In this document: one piece after another, positions 38,849 to 47,976 of the stretch
Numbering within the stretch: the first letter of the stretch is position 1
How the letters are laid out: each line of letters opens with the position of its first letter
Origin: a virus
Strand: one strand, 5' to 3'
Virus record (IMG/VR): IMGVR_UViG_3300009161_000023
Span: 32,001-96,000 of that record
DNA length: 64,000 nucleotides
Notes under the pieces: model-generated
The model's database searches: none
The model's input: only the letters and a program-made list of their open reading frames with translations
What the model was told of the DNA's origin: nothing
Made by a program: the position numbers and the translations under genes

Positions 38849-39401
38849 GTGTTATATTACTAGGACTGCAAGATAATAAAAATCCATCAAATTTTTTACT
38901 TGTACTATTTACCTTCCACCATCTTTTGTCAAAATTTTGAGGATAAAGTATAGAACCATTTCCAAGTTCTATAGCGTTAGTCCATACTTCAAAGCTTATA
39001 TCATTATTGCTTATTAAGATTGCTTCAAATTTAAATTTTTTATCATATTTTATTGTTTTCCTAATTTCTCCGTAAAGAATATCTTCATGAACTTCAATTA
39101 TGGCAGGTAGACAGTAAATGGTTATTTTTTTTACTTTTGGAACATCTTCTTCTTTTGGAACATCTTTTTCTTTTGGAATATCTTCTGGAATATCTTCTGG
39201 AATACATTCTGGAATATATTCTGGAATACATTCTGGAATATATTCTTTTTTTGGAATATCTTTTTCTTTTTTAATTAGATCATTAACTTCTTTGAAGTTC
39301 ATATTATGTAATTCAAAGTGATCCCATAATAATTGATTTTTCATATGTGGATTAGGCCCAGACAATTTATAATTACTTCCATCTTTGTTTTTGATAGCCA
39401 T
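38829..39401 (-). CDS. hypothetical protein with 12-bp (IPEx) repeat
   Basis: YIPECIPEYIPECIPEDIPEDIP. Confidence 0.55.
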   Translation of the reverse strand: MAIKNKDGSNYKLSGPNPHMKNQLLWDHFELHNMNFKEVNDLIKKEKDIPKKEYIPECIPEYIPECIPEDIPEDIPKEKDVPKEEDVPKVKKITIYCLPAIIEVHEDILYGEIRKTIKYDKKFKFEAILISNNDISFEVWTNAIELGNGSILYPQNFDKRWWKVNSTSKKFDGFLLSCSPSNITPSFEDL

Positions 39402-39476
39402 AAATTTTAAATGTTTTAATAAGTTAAAAACTATATATATTAAAGTAGTTTTTGTTTTAAAAAAAGAAAGAATATT

Positions 39477-39878
39477 ATGGCTTTAACTGTACCTGATGTT
39501 GGAAAAGTAGAATTATTAAAATATATGCTTAAGAATTCTGTTGTGCAAAATCAAATATTGCATTTGTATTCAAATGATCCAACTATTTCTGATTTAACTG
39601 TTATATCTGATTTTACAGAAGTAATAGGATCTGGATATAATAGCATAAACATAACTGGATCAAACTGGACAGTTAATCCAACTAATACAACTGCAAGTTA
39701 CCCAGATCAAACTTTTATTTTTTCAAATGTTATATCAGCATATGGTTATTACATAACTAATACAGATGGTGATTTGTTATGGTGTGAAAGATTTACAAAC
39801 GCACCATTTACTATACCATCTTCTGGTGGACAAATTTCTATATCTTTAAATATTTCTCTAAGCGATTATTTGCCTTAA
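39477..39878 (+). CDS. probable virion structural protein
   Basis: LHLYSNDP...DFTEV.GSGY..I.I...W; AYGYYI; ERF. Confidence 0.6.
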   Translation: MALTVPDVGKVELLKYMLKNSVVQNQILHLYSNDPTISDLTVISDFTEVIGSGYNSINITGSNWTVNPTNTTASYPDQTFIFSNVISAYGYYITNTDGDLLWCERFTNAPFTIPSSGGQISISLNISLSDYLP

Positions 39879-39924
39879 ATAGTTTAATTGAATATTGAAT
39901 TATTTTATTTTAAGAAAGCAGGAT

Positions 39925-41277
39925 ATGGTAGATATAACTTTAGAATTTAAAACATGGTTAGAAGCACATGATTATAGATGTCCTGATAAAAGAAGGCACT
40001 TCAATAGAGTAATGGCTATTTTAAAAAAAAGTAGCTATAGAAACGAATTAAATTCTTCTATTACTCAAAATTTAAAAAATTATGTATTGGAAAATATAGA
40101 TAAAAGTTTACATTTAGACTTTTTTAAATTTGCAGAAGGTAATTTTGATTTTCCAGATTTCTGCGAGATTGTTTTAAATAATATTAGTTATAAGACTACA
40201 CTTGGAAGAGATTTTTTAGATTTTTGTGCAATGGAACCAGATGAAGTAGTTAATAATATTTATGCAATTGTTTCTGATATGCTTAATAACAAATCTGTTT
40301 TTAATAAAATGCTTAAATTAACTTTAGAAGATGAAAAAAATAATTTTATTAGCAATAAGAATGATTCACAAGCTTCATTTCTTGTTCGGAAAAAAACTGA
40401 TGGTGAAAACCATGCAAAAATGGTTTTTGATAACCAAACAAAATCTTTTTTCAAAAAATTAATTGGAAGAACTGTTTCTAGATTTATGATAAATCCTAGA
40501 GAGATGGTCAAAGGATATGATCCTTTATTTAAACAATTTTTTAAGAAGGAAGTAGAAAGTGATATGGCAGATTGGGAAAGTATAAAAGATTCATCGGTAG
40601 AAAATGAAGCTGAAGATGAAGTACCAAGCGAACAGAGACTGTTTTATTATAGCCTTTTAGAAATTGAATTAAAAGAAACAACACCAGTATTAAAATCATT
40701 AATTAACAATTCTATTTCTAGTAATTGTTTTAAAATAGAAGAAATTATTGCTTTTAAACCATATATTGGAATAAAAAGAACACCAGAAGAATTTTCTAAT
40801 TTAAAAGTTTGTTTTTACACAAGGTTTTTAAAAGATGCATTTGATAAAATTATTGCAAACGATAATATCACTGATTCAGATTTGCAAAATTATTTGAATA
40901 ATTTTGTTAATGAAATTAAAACCAAGCATTCAGGATTAGAAAAAGATCAAGTAGAAATAATTAAAAATGTTGCTAGTTATTTTTACACAAAAACAACAGC
41001 ACTAGTTTATCCTAAGCTTTTAAAGATTTTACTTGCATGTAAAGCATCAGAAATAGTTAAAAATAAAAATAGCAAACTAACTAATATTGAACCATCGTGT
41101 GGTTTATTTATGGCTTGGATTAAAAAGTATTTTACTAGCACTGGTACAAGATATGTATCAGAAGATATGAGTATTATTAAAAATAATAAATTGTTTAATA
41201 CTATCTCAAAAGCAATTATTGGCAAAGAATTGACAGGTTTTTGTCAATTCAATAAAAGCGATGATGAATTTGAATAA
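39925..41277 (+). CDS. hypothetical protein (likely start MVDITLEFKTWLE)
   Basis: AGGA RBS before the ATG at 39925. Confidence 0.55.
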   Translation: MVDITLEFKTWLEAHDYRCPDKRRHFNRVMAILKKSSYRNELNSSITQNLKNYVLENIDKSLHLDFFKFAEGNFDFPDFCEIVLNNISYKTTLGRDFLDFCAMEPDEVVNNIYAIVSDMLNNKSVFNKMLKLTLEDEKNNFISNKNDSQASFLVRKKTDGENHAKMVFDNQTKSFFKKLIGRTVSRFMINPREMVKGYDPLFKQFFKKEVESDMADWESIKDSSVENEAEDEVPSEQRLFYYSLLEIELKETTPVLKSLINNSISSNCFKIEEIIAFKPYIGIKRTPEEFSNLKVCFYTRFLKDAFDKIIANDNITDSDLQNYLNNFVNEIKTKHSGLEKDQVEIIKNVASYFYTKTTALVYPKLLKILLACKASEIVKNKNSKLTNIEPSCGLFMAWIKKYFTSTGTRYVSEDMSIIKNNKLFNTISKAIIGKELTGFCQFNKSDDEFE

Positions 41278-41309
41278 AATGTAGATTTGATTTAGTTACA
41301 AGGAGAATT

Positions 41310-41843
41310 TTGATCTACGATAATAACGGATTGCCGTATAAAACTTCAGGAGAATACAAGCTATTTAACGATAACTTGCCTGAAAGAAGTTTGTTTAATC
41401 AATGGGATGCTGAATCTATTAGAATGGGTGGATCTCCCATTCAGTATTACGAAGTTTTTATTGATATGAATAGCATAGATCCTATTTATTTAGAAGCAAG
41501 AGGCAAGTTATTTAGTCAATCTTTCGTTGAATTGTATTGTTTTTACGAACCAATTCCTAGTCAAAATTTTCAATCATCTTATGGACTTGATAGTCCAGAC
41601 GAAATGATTTTTGAATTTAATTATGCAGATGTTTTGAAAAGATTAGGTTATGCACCAAAAATCGGGTCTAGATTTCACACACCTTTTTTAAACGAAAACT
41701 GGGTTATAGTTGAGAGAAAATTAGGTGAATTTAAAATGTACCAAACTACTAGATTACAATGTGTTTGTAGTAGATTCCAAGAAAGTCTTACTGATGGCTC
41801 TAATGGAACCAAGCAAGAAAATGTCGATTTTAAAATTACATAA
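41310..41843 (+). CDS. gp14: gp14-like neck/head-completion protein
   Basis: YYEV...IDPIYLEAR.K.F, YGLDSPDE, PKIGSRF, WVIV. Confidence 0.75.
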   Translation: MIYDNNGLPYKTSGEYKLFNDNLPERSLFNQWDAESIRMGGSPIQYYEVFIDMNSIDPIYLEARGKLFSQSFVELYCFYEPIPSQNFQSSYGLDSPDEMIFEFNYADVLKRLGYAPKIGSRFHTPFLNENWVIVERKLGEFKMYQTTRLQCVCSRFQESLTDGSNGTKQENVDFKIT

Positions 41844-41852
41844 GGAGAACCA

Positions 41853-42458
41853 ATGAAAAGTTTCTATGATTTTTATACTAAACTTAAAACTTTAAAAGAA
41901 GAAAATATGCCTGTTGATGCAAAAGTAATGGATAATCCACCACCACCAGACACAGACAGTTCAAAAGATATGTCTTCTGGGATGGATATGTCAAAACCAA
42001 ACAGTCCACAAAAGCTTACAGATAAATCTCAAGATAAACCATCTGAAGAAGAATCTAATCTTTCTCCACCAGAAGGTAAGATTAATTACAAATCTATCAG
42101 TAAAAACTTAAAACGCATTTCTAAGTTTTTATCAAAATTTAAAAATATTGATCAAGAAAAAGGAGATCAACTTGAGCAACTTTTAAGTCAAGTTTCAAAT
42201 TTAGTAAATAGTTTTGAAGGAGCACCAGAAGAAGAATCTGAAGAAGGAAGTGAAGATAAATCTTCTGAAAAAGACTCAGGTGAAGTAGGTTCAATGGCTG
42301 GAGATACTAATAAACCATCTGATGCTGGTGGTGGTATGGATATGAGTGGCGGTGGTGGCGGTGGTGGCGGTGGTGGCGGTGGTGGTGGTGGTGGCGGTAT
42401 AGATATGAGTGGTGGCGGTGGCGGTGGTATGCAACAAGGAATGAATCCGCCTTCTTAG
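41853..42458 (+). CDS. acidic/Gly-rich protein with capsid-targeting-like leader
   Basis: AAGGAG RBS; MKSFYDFY...LKE; poly-Gly tail. Confidence 0.6.
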   Translation: MKSFYDFYTKLKTLKEENMPVDAKVMDNPPPPDTDSSKDMSSGMDMSKPNSPQKLTDKSQDKPSEEESNLSPPEGKINYKSISKNLKRISKFLSKFKNIDQEKGDQLEQLLSQVSNLVNSFEGAPEEESEEGSEDKSSEKDSGEVGSMAGDTNKPSDAGGGMDMSGGGGGGGGGGGGGGGGGIDMSGGGGGGMQQGMNPPS

Positions 42459-42588
42459 TATTAAAAAATGAAAATAGTAAAAACAAAAAAGTCAGATTCA
42501 CTATTTAAACATAAACCAGATAAAATTATATTTTATACTGATTTAAAACCTAGAATTCCATTGGTTTTTTTTAATAGAAAAAATAATA

Positions 42589-43368
42589 ATGATAAAAAAA
42601 ATTCTAATTAATTTTGGCTTTATGTATTTGTTTTTATTTGTTTTAAATTTTTTACATGCTATAAATATTGACTTGCAAAATAAATGTTTGTTGCCATCAG
42701 TAAAACTACTTTCCTATGCTAAAAAAAGCATAGGAAGTGGTGTTATTATTAAATCATATCTTATGAAAGATAAAAGTTATTCAAATATTGTAATTTCTTG
42801 TAATCATGTTACTAAAAACAATAAAATTATTATAGAACTTACGAATATAAATAACAAAGTTGAATGTTATTACAGTACAGTTATATATGAAAATCAAATC
42901 AATGATATTTCTATAATTCAATTTAGAACAGATGAAAAACAAGCTGTAGCAGAAATTGATTTTAAAAATGATATTTTTATAGCTGATGATATAATTAGTG
43001 TTGGATATGGATTATCTAATTTGCCAAAATTAGGATATGGAAAGATAATTACTCAAAAACAAAACGATAAGTTATTCAAAGGTACATTTTTTACTAATAT
43101 ACCTATGGTCATGGGAGACTCTGGTGGCCCAATATACAAAGATAATAAATTAATCGCTATATCTCAAGCAATTAGAGTTATAGAATGGAACGAAACTATA
43201 TTACCATTTCCTAACATATCTGTAATAATACCAATTAATAAATTAATAGAGATAAATAAAGAAGAATCTGGCAAACTAAGGTTTATTATAGAAGAAAAAA
43301 GTAGCCCGCCAATGTTTCCTCATTTATTTTTACAAATGCAAGAATTTGATAAGATTTTAATTAAATAA
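42589..43368 (+). CDS. trypsin-like (S1) serine protease with N-terminal membrane anchor
   Basis: GSGVII, SCNHV, DISII, GDSGGP. Confidence 0.88.
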   Translation: MIKKILINFGFMYLFLFVLNFLHAINIDLQNKCLLPSVKLLSYAKKSIGSGVIIKSYLMKDKSYSNIVISCNHVTKNNKIIIELTNINNKVECYYSTVIYENQINDISIIQFRTDEKQAVAEIDFKNDIFIADDIISVGYGLSNLPKLGYGKIITQKQNDKLFKGTFFTNIPMVMGDSGGPIYKDNKLIAISQAIRVIEWNETILPFPNISVIIPINKLIEINKEESGKLRFIIEEKSSPPMFPHLFLQMQEFDKILIK

Positions 43369-43401
43369 AACTATAATAATTAATATTATGGAGTTTAAAA
43401 T

Positions 43402-43617
43402 TTGATACAAAAAGATTGCTTTTTTTACATAGATACATCTTTAGATAAAGACAAACAAAAAATACAATCTATTTGCGTTGAATGTTATAATAAAAATTTC
43501 AAGGAAAAAAATTGTTGGTTTTGGAATGGTAAGAATTTAGGATATGGGCCTTGGGATATAAACTGTGATATTTGCAATTGTTTTATAAATGAAATTTACA
43601 GGAGTAAAATTGATTAA
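43402..43617 (+). CDS. small Cys-rich (Zn-finger-like) protein
   Basis: CVEC, CDIC; GGAG RBS. Confidence 0.55.
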   Translation: MIQKDCFFYIDTSLDKDKQKIQSICVECYNKNFKEKNCWFWNGKNLGYGPWDINCDICNCFINEIYRSKID

Positions 43618-44257
43618 AGATTTGTACAATGTAAAATCAAAAGAAATAAAAATACCAAGCGAAGTTTTAGATAAAATATTTAAATCATTAGAAGCAGATT
43701 TTTTTGTTGAAATTAATGTTAAAAAAACTAGCATTATTAAATATTTAAATAAAAAAAACAATAACTTAATTCATTTTTTAAAACCAGAAGATGCTGAAAT
43801 ATTTAGAGAAATTAGGGATAATTTAAAAGAATTTATCAATGAAGTAAAAAGTTTAAAAATAGACAAGAAAAAGATTGATGAATTAAGTGATAGAGAAGCT
43901 TTGATTTTTAATTTTATAAAAACTAGTCAAGATAACGATAATATATCTATTAAGAAATTTAAAAGTGATGCTGAAGTCTTGTCTAAAGATTTAAAAGATT
44001 TTTTTATATCAAATAAAAAATCATTAGATATTGTAAAAGGCTTTAATGAACCAACCAATGTAATTTTAATTCACTTGAATTCATTAAGCTATCAATCATT
44101 TTTTAAAATTCATGGAAATTTTTTAATGTTTAATAAAGCAAAAATATTATTAATCGGAGATGATATTTCTGCTAATATAAATTTCTTTAAAAAATATGAA
44201 TTTAAACCATTGTATAAAAATCTTACTAAGAATACTATTTGGTCTAAAAATGTTTAA
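43589..44257 (+). CDS. hypothetical protein
   Basis: ORF track. Confidence 0.5.
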   Translation: MKFTGVKLIKDLYNVKSKEIKIPSEVLDKIFKSLEADFFVEINVKKTSIIKYLNKKNNNLIHFLKPEDAEIFREIRDNLKEFINEVKSLKIDKKKIDELSDREALIFNFIKTSQDNDNISIKKFKSDAEVLSKDLKDFFISNKKSLDIVKGFNEPTNVILIHLNSLSYQSFFKIHGNFLMFNKAKILLIGDDISANINFFKKYEFKPLYKNLTKNTIWSKNV

Positions 44258-44565
44258 ATATAACCTAATTTTTCAGCTGCCATTACTTCTGGTGCTGTAA
44301 CATATCTGCCAACCATTTCAGATACACATTTTAAAAAATGCTTTGCTATATCTTCTTTAATTTGTTTCCCAAGGCCCATTCTATGTGCTTCGTAAAAAGC
44401 AGACATATCTATGGAATAATCAAGAATTATTCCATCAATCATAATTTGTTTTTCAAAGCTGCCATTTGGATGATGAATATATCCAACTTTAAAGCTTTTC
44501 TTTCCTTCTGGTATGTTCTGATTAACCAGAAGATTTAAATTTCTAATTGGCTCTTCTTTTTCCAT
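44254..44565 (-). CDS. hypothetical protein
   Basis: ORF track. Confidence 0.55.
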   Translation of the reverse strand: MEKEEPIRNLNLLVNQNIPEGKKSFKVGYIHHPNGSFEKQIMIDGIILDYSIDMSAFYEAHRMGLGKQIKEDIAKHFLKCVSEMVGRYVTAPEVMAAEKLGYI

Positions 44566-44591
44566 GTATTATTATAATAATGTGTATAAAT

Positions 44592-45221
44592 TTATTTTAA
44601 TATTTTATATAATTTTACATCTTCAGAATAATAAGACTTGACTCTTTCAATGATATCTTCTGATAGTTTTGGCTTTTCAAACTTTCCTTCATTGACTTTT
44701 TCCATTGGCCAATTTAATTCTGCATCTTTGCATAATTTTTCTAAGTCATCAGGAAACAAATAAAGTTTAGTAATTGGTTTTATCAAATAAGATTGCGTAA
44801 GAAAATGAGTGTTTTTTCTTAAATTTATACTTGTTTTTTCCAATACAACATTTTCATCGTTCTCAAGTGCTTTAATTGCTTTTTCAGGAGCTATTTCAAG
44901 ATAAGCTACTGTAGAAGCAAATCTAACTATTGGATCACGAACAGGCAATAAAACAACTGTATCTGGATCTTTTGAATAAGGACAAATGTTTTGCCAAAAA
45001 GCTATTGAATCTAATTTTTCATTTTTTAACATTTTTTGAAAAGATTCTGGCAAACTATCTTTAAAATTTTGTGAAAACCTTGACCAAATTCTTTCGTGAT
45101 CATCTAAAGCTTTTTTTAATTCTTCAGGATAATACTGTTTTACAATAGCACACGCCAAAGTGGATGAACCAACTTTGGCGTTAAATGCAATATGACATTT
45201 AGGTAATTTAAAATATCTCAT
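44592..45221 (-). CDS. sulfotransferase family 2-like protein
   Basis: 5'-PSB AKVGSSTL; 3'-PB VRDPIVRFAS; HFLTQS; YYSEDV.L. Confidence 0.75.
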   Translation of the reverse strand: MRYFKLPKCHIAFNAKVGSSTLACAIVKQYYPEELKKALDDHERIWSRFSQNFKDSLPESFQKMLKNEKLDSIAFWQNICPYSKDPDTVVLLPVRDPIVRFASTVAYLEIAPEKAIKALENDENVVLEKTSINLRKNTHFLTQSYLIKPITKLYLFPDDLEKLCKDAELNWPMEKVNEGKFEKPKLSEDIIERVKSYYSEDVKLYKILK

Positions 45222-45257
45222 AAAATATATTAGTTAATTTATGAGATATTTTTAAAA

Positions 45258-45608
45258 TTATACTGCTGGAGCAGGAGTTGTTGCTTCTGGAACAGGGGTT
45301 GTTGCTTCTGGAACAGGAGTTGTTGCTTCTGGAACAGGAGTTGTTGCTTCTGGAACAGGAGTTGTTGCTTCTGGAACAGGAGTTGTTGCTTCTGGAACAG
45401 GAGTTGTTGCTTCTGGAACAGGAGTTGTAGTTGGAATTGTACCAATTACTTCAATTTCTGCTTTAGGATTACCTTCTTTGTATTTATCAATACATAATTG
45501 TAAACCGCCAGCATCTTCAATTATTGAATTACTCCAAATACTCATAACAATGTCATCTTTATTAGTAACTACTACTCTTGTTTCTTCAATTTTAACTTTA
45601 ATCTTCAT
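45258..45608 (-). CDS. protein with C-terminal mucin-like (PEATTPV)7 tail
   Basis: Translation. Confidence 0.65.
   Translation of the reverse strand: MKIKVKIEETRVVVTNKDDIVMSIWSNSIIEDAGGLQLCIDKYKEGNPKAEIEVIGTIPTTTPVPEATTPVPEATTPVPEATTPVPEATTPVPEATTPVPEATTPVPEATTPAPAV
45271..45428. repeat. 21-bp tandem repeat, about 7 copies
   Basis: ggagttgttgcttctggaaca repeated. Confidence 0.95.
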
Positions 45609-45988
45609 TTTGGACTCCTTTTAACATGATGTTTGCCATCTATTTCTGTTATTTCACAACCAAATTTTTTGTACCATTTTAATAATTTTTCTTGGTTCAT
45701 TCCCAAAAAAAACTTATCTTTTTTTGTAACAGAAGGCCCAACTAATGTTGGATAAGCTATTCCTAACATTGTAATTTTATTTTTATCTGCTAAATTACAT
45801 AAAAACTTGCAAGTTTTATTTGCCTCAAAAGGATTGAATGAAATTATTTTTATTAATTTAAAAGTACTTTCATTAATCATTTTGCATCTTAGAAGAGTTT
45901 CCCCATGTTTCAAATGATGTCCACATGGGGATGTATTTTTATTTAACTCTTCCCAAAAAGAATTATCAATAGGTGTAATAATATTCAC
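45605..45988 (-). CDS. GNAT-like acetyltransferase
   Basis: L..LADKNKITM...AYP ... KLLKWYKKFG resembles GNAT motif A/B. Confidence 0.5.
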   Translation of the reverse strand: MNIITPIDNSFWEELNKNTSPCGHHLKHGETLLRCKMINESTFKLIKIISFNPFEANKTCKFLCNLADKNKITMLGIAYPTLVGPSVTKKDKFFLGMNQEKLLKWYKKFGCEITEIDGKHHVKRSPK

Positions 45989-45999
45989 CTATAATGAAA

Positions 46000-46359
46000 T
46001 TAATTATCATAGTCGCCATCAACAAACTTACCATTTGCATCTTTGATAACTAAGAAATCAACATCTCTTTTCTTGTTTCCTGAAATGGTAAAGCTAGTTA
46101 CAAGACCATCACCATTTCTATTTTTATAAAGACCCCAAGCTTTGCCAGCAGTAACAATAGTTAATTTTTCTGGAACATCCCAAACATATTCAGGAAGTTC
46201 AACATTGGCTTCTCCATTATTACCTTCTTCAATATAAACAGTTCCACTATAAACAACATGTGGATCTAAAATAGAAACATATTGTGTTCTATTGTTTAAT
46301 GGCCCTTTGTTAGGCTCTCCTGCACCATTGCCAACACCTGTAACACTTGAAGCACCCAT
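46000..46359 (-). CDS. MGASS-family protein A (putative capsid/fibre decoration)
   Basis: MGASSVTGVGNGA N-terminus; SGTV..., V.LP, SFTI. Confidence 0.65.
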   Translation of the reverse strand: MGASSVTGVGNGAGEPNKGPLNNRTQYVSILDPHVVYSGTVYIEEGNNGEANVELPEYVWDVPEKLTIVTAGKAWGLYKNRNGDGLVTSFTISGNKKRDVDFLVIKDANGKFVDGDYDN

Positions 46360-46432
46360 AATATTCTCCTTTTTATAATTGTTAAAATAAACAATTCTTA
46401 TACTATCTATTAATTTTAAAAAATATCTTACA

Positions 46433-46466
46433 AATAAATATACTCATGTAGATGAGTATATTTATT
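46433..46466. promoter_or_regulatory. perfect 15-bp inverted repeat (AATAAATATACTCAT-gtag-ATGAGTATATTTATT)
   Basis: Read directly; each arm carries TAAATA; no U-tract. Confidence 0.6.
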
Positions 46467-46472
46467 AAGATA

Positions 46473-47006
46473 CTAAAGTGCAGCTATTGCTGTTTTAAAA
46501 GCAGCAAAATCAGCACAGCTAGAAACTAAAGTCTTTAAATCAGATATTTTAATCCAAATATTATTGTTATTAAAATCTTTAATATCTCCGCCATCTGGTA
46601 ATGTCATAATGCCATTATCATGAAATCTCCAGTTGTTATTATCAACATCAATGTTTACTTGATGTTCATCGCTAGCACTATCTCCACCATCAAGATTATC
46701 ATCAAGGCTGTGATTGCCTACAGTAATACTTACAGCAGGACCATAATTTTCTTCCATGTCTCTTTGACCACCCCACCATAATCCTAAATATTCTGTATTA
46801 CTTGAAGCCCAAATTACTGATTCTTGATCAAGAGATTCCTGATCTGATGCCCATAGTGTTCCAACTAAAAGATCACCAGTAAAGGCAGTAAGGTCTACTA
46901 TGTTTGATAAATTCCTTACATTTTCTGGTTTAATATTATTTTGAATTCTTGGAAAAGAATTCTCCACTGCTCCACTACCTGTACCTTCTGTTGATGTTGC
47001 TCCCAT
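46473..47006 (-). CDS. MGASS-family protein B (start MGATSTEGTGSGA)
   Basis: AAAGGA RBS before the ATG at 47006. Confidence 0.65.
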   Translation of the reverse strand: MGATSTEGTGSGAVENSFPRIQNNIKPENVRNLSNIVDLTAFTGDLLVGTLWASDQESLDQESVIWASSNTEYLGLWWGGQRDMEENYGPAVSITVGNHSLDDNLDGGDSASDEHQVNIDVDNNNWRFHDNGIMTLPDGGDIKDFNNNNIWIKISDLKTLVSSCADFAAFKTAIAAL

Positions 47007-47076
47007 AATTATTTTCCTTTCTATAAAAAAAATATTACAGGGTTTTATAAACCCTGTAATATTAAGTTGCATTACA

Positions 47077-47487
47077 TTAAATTACATTAAGACCATACTT
47101 AACAACTTGATACATGAATACTCTTTCATCATTATCGCCTGTATGAAGATTGAAGCCACCGAATCCACTATCCCAACCTTCATCAGCATTGTTGCCGTTG
47201 GCATCAAGCTTTTCGATATGTGGTGGATAGTTATTACGACCATCACTATTAGTAAAGTCAGATTGCATAGCAAAAACGCCATACTTTTCTGGACCTTCTG
47301 GAAATTCTGGTAGCCTCACAATAACTTGCCAATTGCCAGAACCTGTAGTATCTGGCTCTGTGGTACATTCTCCACATGCTACCACAACACAACCAGCACC
47401 TATTGGAGCAAAATAATCACGACCATTGTGTGGCCCTTTGGTAAAAGCTGCACCAACGCCTGTACCAGTAACACTTGAAGCACCCAT
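47077..47487 (-). CDS. MGASS-family protein C
   Basis: MGASSVTGTGVGA; AAAGGA RBS. Confidence 0.65.
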   Translation of the reverse strand: MGASSVTGTGVGAAFTKGPHNGRDYFAPIGAGCVVVACGECTTEPDTTGSGNWQVIVRLPEFPEGPEKYGVFAMQSDFTNSDGRNNYPPHIEKLDANGNNADEGWDSGFGGFNLHTGDNDERVFMYQVVKYGLNVI

Positions 47488-47891
47488 AATAAGTTCCTTT
47501 CTAAAAAACTTAATTTTTAATTACAATCCTATTCCTTTATAAACTACCATATAGTTTACAACATCACTTCCACTTGCATATACAGTAAATTTCCAATTTG
47601 CATCAACTGCGGAAGCAGAAGTAGCAGCAGGACTAGAAGCATCAGTATTAGTTACTAATACAATCCATTCTGTATTATCATCACTTAATTGTGGTAATTG
47701 AACAACTTTTGAACCGCCTGAACATGTTACAGAATTAGCTGCACCAATATAAGGCCCAATTAAGTGTGAAACTCCAAGAGTTTGACGACCACTAGCACCT
47801 TTGTTTGATGATTCAGCAGATCCTACACCTTTACCGCTAACACTAGAAGCACCCATAATAAGTTCCTTTCTAAAAAACTTAATTTTTAATT
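47469..47891. repeat. about 54-bp direct repeat x2 (47469-47522 and 47838-47891) covering the leader, RBS and first codons
   Basis: taacact(t/a)gaagcacccataataagttcctttctaaaaaacttaatttttaatt, one mismatch. Confidence 0.92.
47521..47856 (-). CDS. MGASS-family protein D
   Basis: MGASSVSGKGVGSA; AAAGGA RBS. Confidence 0.65.
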   Translation of the reverse strand: MGASSVSGKGVGSAESSNKGASGRQTLGVSHLIGPYIGAANSVTCSGGSKVVQLPQLSDDNTEWIVLVTNTDASSPAATSASAVDANWKFTVYASGSDVVNYMVVYKGIGL

Positions 47892-47976
47892 TAATTAAAG
47901 TCTAATTTATATATTTTTAATTTAAATTAATTATTTATTTTTTGGTTAGAATTCCTACCAAAAAAGTAAATAATAT

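Noticed and set aside
42468-42611. 47-aa ORF MKIVKTKKSDSLFKHK...
   Set aside because: No RBS or motif, and it overlaps the protease start; cannot be supported.
45271-45428. Possible CRISPR-like array
   Set aside because: Repeats are contiguous with no unique spacers and encode an in-frame peptide.
45239-45445. (QQLLFQK)n ORF
   Set aside because: Alternate frame of the 21-bp repeat.
46000-47856. N-myristoylation of the MGASS proteins (tempting given the nearby ACP)
   Set aside because: Position 6 is Val/Thr rather than a consistent Ser, bacteria lack NMT, and no acyltransferase for this is evident.
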